From positions 2,585 through 17,337 of the forward strand of contig JBJCIZ010000613.1 in the NCBI GenBank assembly GCA_051294375.1: a stretch of 14,753 bases of DNA. Direction: 5' to 3'. Origin of the DNA: Paraspadella gotoi (Eukaryota > Animalia > Chaetognatha). Within the stretch, counting starts at the first letter, position 1. Each line of letters opens with the position of its first letter. The notes beneath the pieces are model-generated. The model saw only the letters and a program-made list of their open reading frames with translations. It made no database searches and had not been told where the DNA came from. Below are positions 9,396-14,753 of this stretch, in pieces. Made by a program: the position numbers and the translations under genes.

Positions 9396-10949
9396 TAGCC
9401 CTGTATATGCTCTTAATATTTTTAAGCTAATCATAACGAAATGGCCGCTTACCGTTAGTTAACTTATGCTTCAACGACTTCGCTCTAGTTAATTTGAGAA
9501 CCGCTATTATAAAATGAAACGTTCTTTCTTTGGATAATGCCCCCGTTCAAACAATTAGTCCCCGCTAACTTTGAGCGCCGCTCTTGTTTAATTAAGCCTC
9601 TCTTCCGTTGAAGCCGCCTTAGCTCCAATTAATTAGGCCCCCGATCCTACGGAATTTAATATTTTTTTACCTCCCTAGCTCTTCGCTGCCGTAATTCTTT
9701 TTTTTTAATTTTGACCCCGTCCGAAAATGTGATATTTATAAATATTTAAATACTTTCTTTCGCGCTTATTGTATTTACATACTTGTGTGAAACTTTCTAT
9801 CAGTTTATTTCATATTCGCGCGCGCACTTATCGTAAAGAAAGTGAGATTACTTCGTTCTTTTCTCAAAAAACCCTCTACTCATTTGACTCATTTTTTTTT
9901 GCTACTTCTCTCGACCAGCCTAGCTAGTTGTAGCTAATCACGTTTATGGTTTCCTTATTTTTAGTACTCTTCCTAATATAACTATTTTCGTTACTTTCCC
10001 TACTAATTAATTTTCCTGACAAGCTTTGAAGGAAAAAAACCTTGCCAAATATTTTTTTTATACTCTAGGGATATTATTGGCTCGCCGAGTTTAGGAGTTT
10101 CTGACTTGTATTGCGTTTTACTGCTTGCTAATTACTGAACTAGAAACGGCTCCCGATTTACTTAGGGGTATGCTTGATTGTAAGCGTGCTTGTTTGGTAA
10201 ACAGAATTTTATTTTCGGAAATGTCAACCAATTTTTTTTTTTTTTTTGCGTCAAAAAATGTTGAGGATAAAATATCCCAGTCGTCTTATTATGAATTTCA
10301 TTACGCTATAATATTTAACTTGTTCTGTTCAAGTTGTCTTTAGACATTGTAGCGTGGCCCGTATTTTTTCTATTTTTGAATATTGCAAATTTGATATTCT
10401 TACGCAAGCTTAAACTTTCTTGCGTTTATTCGAATATATATGTATTTGTAAAATAACGTAAAAAAATTGCTGCTTCAAAAAAAAAAAAACATTACCAAAA
10501 AAATTCAATAAAAAGACTCCATTAAAAAAAAAATTCAACAAAAAAAATTTCAAAAAAAAATTTTAAAAAACAAAAAAAGAAAAAAGTAGAAACCTAGATT
10601 AGTTTTTTCGAACTAATGCCTCGGGTTTAAAAGGTGACAATTTTAGTAGTCGCTACACATCTCCCACTTATTTTTTCCAGCTTCATTTTATAATTTAGCG
10701 ATTTATTCGAGACAAAAAACAACATATAATTTGCTACTTAATTTTTTTTTTCCTAAAAAAAAAAACCTACGAATTTTTCTAGGTATTTAAACCTAAAACG
10801 ATAAGAATATTTTCTATATTTATCATTAGGTACGGAATATATTGTTACAGTGGAAATCTGCCCCAATTCTTGTGGAAACTTTAAAATTTTTTCTTATTAA
10901 ATGATATTAAACTATTTAAAAATAAAAGCAAAACATTACTAAAAACAAG

Positions 10950-11316
10950 GATCATCTTTTGCATATTCCCCTCTTCATTCCGTCTACTCCGATCGACGTC
11001 GGCCTCGAACGCAGCCAAACCTCCCTTCATCCGAGAACGCACCCAATCCTTTCCTTCGTCACAACTTCCTCCCGACGCCTCCGACCCGACCGCCCGACGT
11101 CCCTTCGCCCTCCGGCCCGTGCCACGAGCCCAACTGCCGGTTGCCGGATTGCTTCTGCTCCGGATCCAAGCATTCCCCGGTTCAAACTTCCGGAACTCTC
11201 GCATCACCGCAGTTCGTGATGTTGGCTTTCGAACGATGAATAAACGATCGAATCGTTCGGGTTTTACGAAGAAACTTTTCGGGGAAGAAAAGAATCGGGA
11301 CGGATGTGAAATTTAG
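10950..11316 (+). CDS. CDA exon: Pro-rich stalk, CxLPDCFCS, motif 1 (FDD), KNxDGCxI
   Basis: caag| acceptor (approximate) and ag|gtggga donor; ..ATT AG|A GGA ACT splices in frame to 11982. Confidence 0.85.
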
Positions 11317-13690
11317 GTGGGACTGGGAGAGGGGGGATTTGGGGGGGGGATTTGGAATGGGATAGGCGAAGGATTTAAGTAATGGGAAAGATTTAGATTT
11401 TCTTGGATAACCCGAGTTTGACACGGGATGGGAAGAAAGAAGTTTTCTCTCCATGAAGTTGGGCACTCGGCAGATAAACTGAAATTTTTTTCCCAGAAGA
11501 CGGAATGATAAAAATTAGGGTTAGTTCCTTGTAAAAGAAATTCGCCCGTCTTTTCTGTCTCTACTGTTTCTTCTTTTCTTCTACTTTCTTTTTCTTCTTT
11601 TCTATTCTCTTCTCTTTTTATTCTCCTTCTCTTCACCTTCTCTTTTATTCTCTTCTCTTTTTATTCTTTCTCTTTTATCTCTTCTCTTTCTATTCTCTCC
11701 CTTTTTTCTCCTTCTTCCTCATTTTCTCTTCCCTTTCTTCTCTTCTCTTCCCTTTTTCTTTCTTTCTATTTTCTATCCCTCCCTCTTTTCTCCTCTTATC
11801 TCGCTCCCTTTCCCCAAGCTCATCATGCACTGATTTCGAAACCACTGACGGGCAATGCGGCCCAAGGCCTCATTCCTTTTACAAGGTCCCGTTTAAAGCC
11901 TTCGCTCAAGTCTATAAACCATTATTTTATTTGTTTATTTATTTTATTATTGCTTAAATTGTGATCTCCGCCTTCATCCAGAGGAACTTTCTTGTCGTCA
12001 CGAATACAAAACGATTACTGGTTGACGGAAAATTTGTATTCGGGAAGGTCACGAGATCGCGTCTCACTCTCTCAACCACGGATCGGCGATGACTTTTTCA
12101 AAGAGGTCCGACTCAAAGGTTCGGTGTGGGGGCTCGGGGGTGGGAGAGATGAACGGGGATGAGAGAGCGGAATCAGTTGTCGATGCTTTACATTTCTCGT
12201 GCCTTCACCCTTGGGTTAGGGCGAATTTTGTATGAATTTACTTTCTCTCGCCTTCTCCTTTCGCGTCCATGAGCTTTGGCTCTTTCTCTCTCATCTCTCT
12301 CTCTCTCTCTTTTGGATCGATATGTAAACTTGTAATTTCGTTTTGTAATTTATTTTACCTTTTTTATTTAAATTGTAGGACACATAAATTAACAATTTTG
12401 TATAGCCTTTTCACATAAAAAAATATTAAATCCAACAAAATTCTCTTTTCTCCTTCCCCCCCCCAAAACCCCGGTTCCTCTCCCCCCTTCCCTCTCGCCC
12501 TTCCGCTCTCCCTCTTCCCCCTCTCCCTCTCCCCCCTTCCCCTTATCCCTCTCCCCCCTTCCCCTTCCTCTCTCGCCCCTACCCCTCTCCCCTATCCCTT
12601 CTCCCCTTCCCCTAACCCCTCTCCCCCTTTTCCCCTTACCCCTCTCCCCCCTTCCCTATCCCTCTCCCCCCTTCCCCTACCCTCTTCCCCCCTTCCCTCC
12701 AAGATGGATTCAAAGAAATTGGCGGAATGAAAAAACATCTGGAACTTTTTGCTCAAATTCCTAAAGACGAAATCAAAGGATTTCGTCGCCTTTCCTTCAA
12801 TCGGCGGAGACTTGATGATCGAGGCTCTCAACAGGACTCTGGCATGCTATTTACGATTCGAGCATGCCGGCAAGAAGTGTCGATAAAAAACTGGTAAGCT
12901 TTACGATTCGAGCATGTCAGCAAGTAAATGTCAATAAAAGGGTATGGCATGCTTAAACGATTCCCGCCATCCCGGCGGTGAGTTTCGATGAAGGCCCTGT
13001 GCATTCTTCAAACCTAACTAACCGTATCATGATAACGTTCCCGTACCGGAAATGTCGAAGTTAACTAATACCCGCCTCGCTTCAAACCCCCCACCTCTTT
13101 TTCAAAAAGCCGAGTAACAAAGCACCCCCATTTGGCCTTAACACTCTGAATTTCGCTTCCACTCAAGATCAGTGTAAAGTTTCTCCTTGTCCCAAAGATT
13201 CAATCCGGATTTGGAAGTGCCGCTCATTTATTACGAGATGGAACCGGAAGAGGAACGCCGTGTTCGACGGTTGAAGACTTTTCAAGGGGGGGAATTTATC
13301 ATAAGATGATAGAATTAAATTAAATACTTTTATTAAACTAGTTAGTATGTGGAACAATGTTGTTATCTTTAATATTTGATTCCCTGCGGGGTAAGATTTT
13401 ACTTTGACACGGTCCATGAATACATCTTAAGCTACAAGCGATGTAAAATGTGGGAATAAATGTTAAATAATAATGTTAAATGTTAAATGTACAGTGAATC
13501 TGGAGAAAAATCCGTATTAAATTACGGTTTCAAGACTGCTTGTTTTAACGGCCCGAATATCGCCACTGGATTTTTTCAAACGTTTTTATCTAGTCACGAA
13601 GATGACAAAAATTTTAAGTTTCTTGCCCAAATTTTCACGCGTCATTATTAACGGTCTTTTCGAAAACGTGCCATAATGACATTTAATCAA
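10950..13690 (+). CDS. Chitin deacetylase-like protein (CE4 polysaccharide deacetylase, invertebrate CDA family), multi-exon and 3'-partial
   Basis: Corrected translation: GPCHEPNCRLPDCFCSG..IPG...PQFVMLAFDDEIND...LFGE.KNRDGCEIR|GTFFVSHEYNDYWLTENLY.EGHEIASHSLNH...|WIKEIGGMKKHLELFAQIPKDEIKGFRAPFLQIGGDLMIEAL..SGMLYDSSMP|..PIWPYTLNFASTQDQCKVSPCP....WEVPL...PCSTVED|..FL.QNFTRHYNG. This is the canonical order of invertebrate CDA motifs. Confidence 0.9.
11982..12118 (+). CDS. CDA exon: GTFFVSHEY...GHEIASHSLNH (metal-binding motif 2)
   Basis: tccag| acceptor and aag|gttcgg donor; HSxxH motif. Confidence 0.88.
12480..12700 (+). repeat. C-rich ~20-bp degenerate minisatellite abutting a splice acceptor
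   Basis: Repeated CCCTCTCCCCCCTTCCCCTA(T/C/AC) units ending at the ccaag acceptor. Confidence 0.75.
12704..12893 (+). CDS. CDA exon: W.KEIGG...GFRAPFLQ...YDSS (motifs 3 and 4)
   Basis: ccaag| acceptor after a C-rich tract and ctg|gtaagc donor. Confidence 0.88.
12841..12995 (+). repeat. Degenerate ~50-bp tandem copies of a CDA exon 3' end
   Basis: TTACGATTCGAGCATG at 12851 and 12901; diverged third copy GGCATGCTTAAACGATTC at ~12946. Confidence 0.8.
13110..13286 (+). CDS. CDA exon: PIWPYTL...C...CP...WEVPL...C
   Basis: WPYTL and WEVPL family motifs. Acceptor at 13108-13109 or 13121-13122; donor garbled (caag|gggg). Confidence 0.8.
13594..13690 (+). CDS. Probable CDA exon (..FL.QNFTRHYNG..)
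   Basis: tctag| acceptor and |gtaggc donor; matches family NFxRHY with several indel corrections. Confidence 0.55.
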
Positions 13691-13844
13691 GTAGGCCCAG
13701 TAAAATAACTAGAAATACTTATTTGGCGAAAGAGAAAAAAAAGTTTGGTTTTGCTTTTTTAAATATTTTTATAGTGACAATAAAATTATTTCGCACGCAT
13801 AATACCGTTTCGCTTGCATTTTAATCTCAATTCTCCACACCGAG

Positions 13845-14730
13845 TATCTCGGTAGGGAAGGGTAACGGAGGTGGTAGGAATTTTTCCGTGGTCGGACGTG
13901 AAACTGGATGGTCTGTGTACTCGGGTAGGAAGGGTAACGCGAGGTGGTAGGATGTTTCCGTTGGCTACATCGGACGTGAAACTGATGGTCTGTGCTACTC
14001 GGTTTAGGAAGGGTTAACGGACCACGGTGGTAGGAATTTTTCCGTGGTCGGACGGTGAAACTGATGGTCTGTGTACTCGGTAGTAGGCAAGGGTAACGAG
14101 GTCGTAGGAATTTTTCCGTCCGGCATCGGACCGTGAACTGATGGTCTGTGTACTCGTAGAAGGGTAACGGAGGTGGTAGGGAATTTTTCCGTGGTTCGGA
14201 CGTAAACTATGGTCTGTTGTACTCGGTAGGAAGGGTAACGGAGTGGTAGGAATGTTTTTCCGTGGATCGGACGTGAAACTGATGGCTTGTGTACTCGGTA
14301 GCGAAGGGTAACGGAGGTGTGTGTAGGGAATTTTTCCGTGGTCAGACGTGAAACTGATGGTCTGTGTACTCGGTAGGAAGGGTAACGAATGGTGGGTAGG
14401 AATTTTTCCGTGGCGGACAGTGAAACTGGCATGATCTGTGCTACTCGTAGGAAGGGTAAACGGAGGTGGTAGGAATTTTCCGTGTCGGACGTGAAAACTG
14501 ATGGTCTGTGTACTCCTAGGTCAGAAGGGTAACGGATGGTGGTAGGAATTTTCCGTGGTCGACGTGAAACTGATGTCTGTGTACTCGGTAGGAGGGTAAC
14601 GGACACAAGGGTTAGGAATTTTTCCGTGGTCGACGTGAAAACTTGGATGGTCTGTGTACTCTGTAGGAAGGGTAACTGATGGTGGTAGGAATTTCTTACC
14701 GTGGATCGGACGTGAAAAACTGATGGTCTG
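13845..14730. repeat. 70-bp minisatellite (~12 copies), probably in a CDA intron, truncated by the read end
   Basis: Consensus GTGTACTCGGTAGGAAGGGTAACGGAGGTGGTAGGAATTTTTCCGTGGTCGGACGTGAAACTGATGGTCT, head-to-tail with no spacers. Confidence 0.96.
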
Positions 14731-14732
14731 AT

Positions 14733-14753
14733 ATCTCTCTCTTTTTTTTTTTT
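14733..14753 (+). other. Probable PacBio SMRTbell adapter remnant (technical)
   Basis: The satellite breaks abruptly into ATCTCTCTCTTTT at the very end of the sequence, matching the start of the standard SMRTbell hairpin adapter. Confidence 0.6.

Noticed and set aside
9468-9614. Inverted repeat GCTTCAACG/CGTTGAAGC and CPE-like U-rich motifs in the putative 3' UTR
   Set aside because: Only 9 bp, and T-rich motifs are expected by chance in AT-rich, error-prone sequence.
10477-10590. A-rich tract as a retroposon poly(A) tail
   Set aside because: No element body or target-site duplication; likely an intergenic low-complexity tract near a possible AATAAA (10507).
11795-11860. Minus-strand C(A)TGATGAG as a hammerhead core or snoRNA C box
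   Set aside because: No GAAA/stem III partner or D box in the proper position, and it is antisense to the host gene.
238-13690. Both genes being pseudogenes
   Set aside because: Amino-acid motifs and splice sites are conserved while indels are uniformly frequent, including inside repeats; sequencing error is more parsimonious.
13845-14730. Hammerhead-ribozyme satellite (CTGATG, GAAAC and GTC words), CRISPR array, or the mucin-like ORF 14004-14606
   Set aside because: The core reads CTGATGG rather than CTGANGA and overlaps GAAAC, and no stems I/II can be built in the right order; no spacers; the 70-bp period shifts frame in every unit.

Overview
Eukaryotic (metazoan, probably invertebrate) genomic DNA that looks like a raw, indel-rich long read; it ends in a probable PacBio SMRTbell adapter remnant. 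The supplied ORF track is mostly uninformative because the real genes are spliced and frameshifted by read errors. Manual translation shows two intron-containing genes on the + strand. (1) The 3' part of a MARF1/Limkain-b1 orthologue (~238-9395, ~15 exons): tandem LOTUS/OST-HTH domains plus a long low-complexity tail. (2) A CE4-family chitin deacetylase-like gene (~10950-13690, incomplete at the 3' end) with apparently intact catalytic motifs. The most unusual feature is that exon 3' ends plus their GT donors are tandemly duplicated at four separate junctions, at different ages and copy numbers: 90 bp x~2.6, 20 bp x2, 76 bp x~14 and 50 bp x~3 (decayed). Many introns are also purine-rich at the 5' end and pyrimidine-rich at the 3' end. 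A separate 70-bp minisatellite fills the last 0.9 kb. Protein assignments rest on remembered family motifs, not on database searches.
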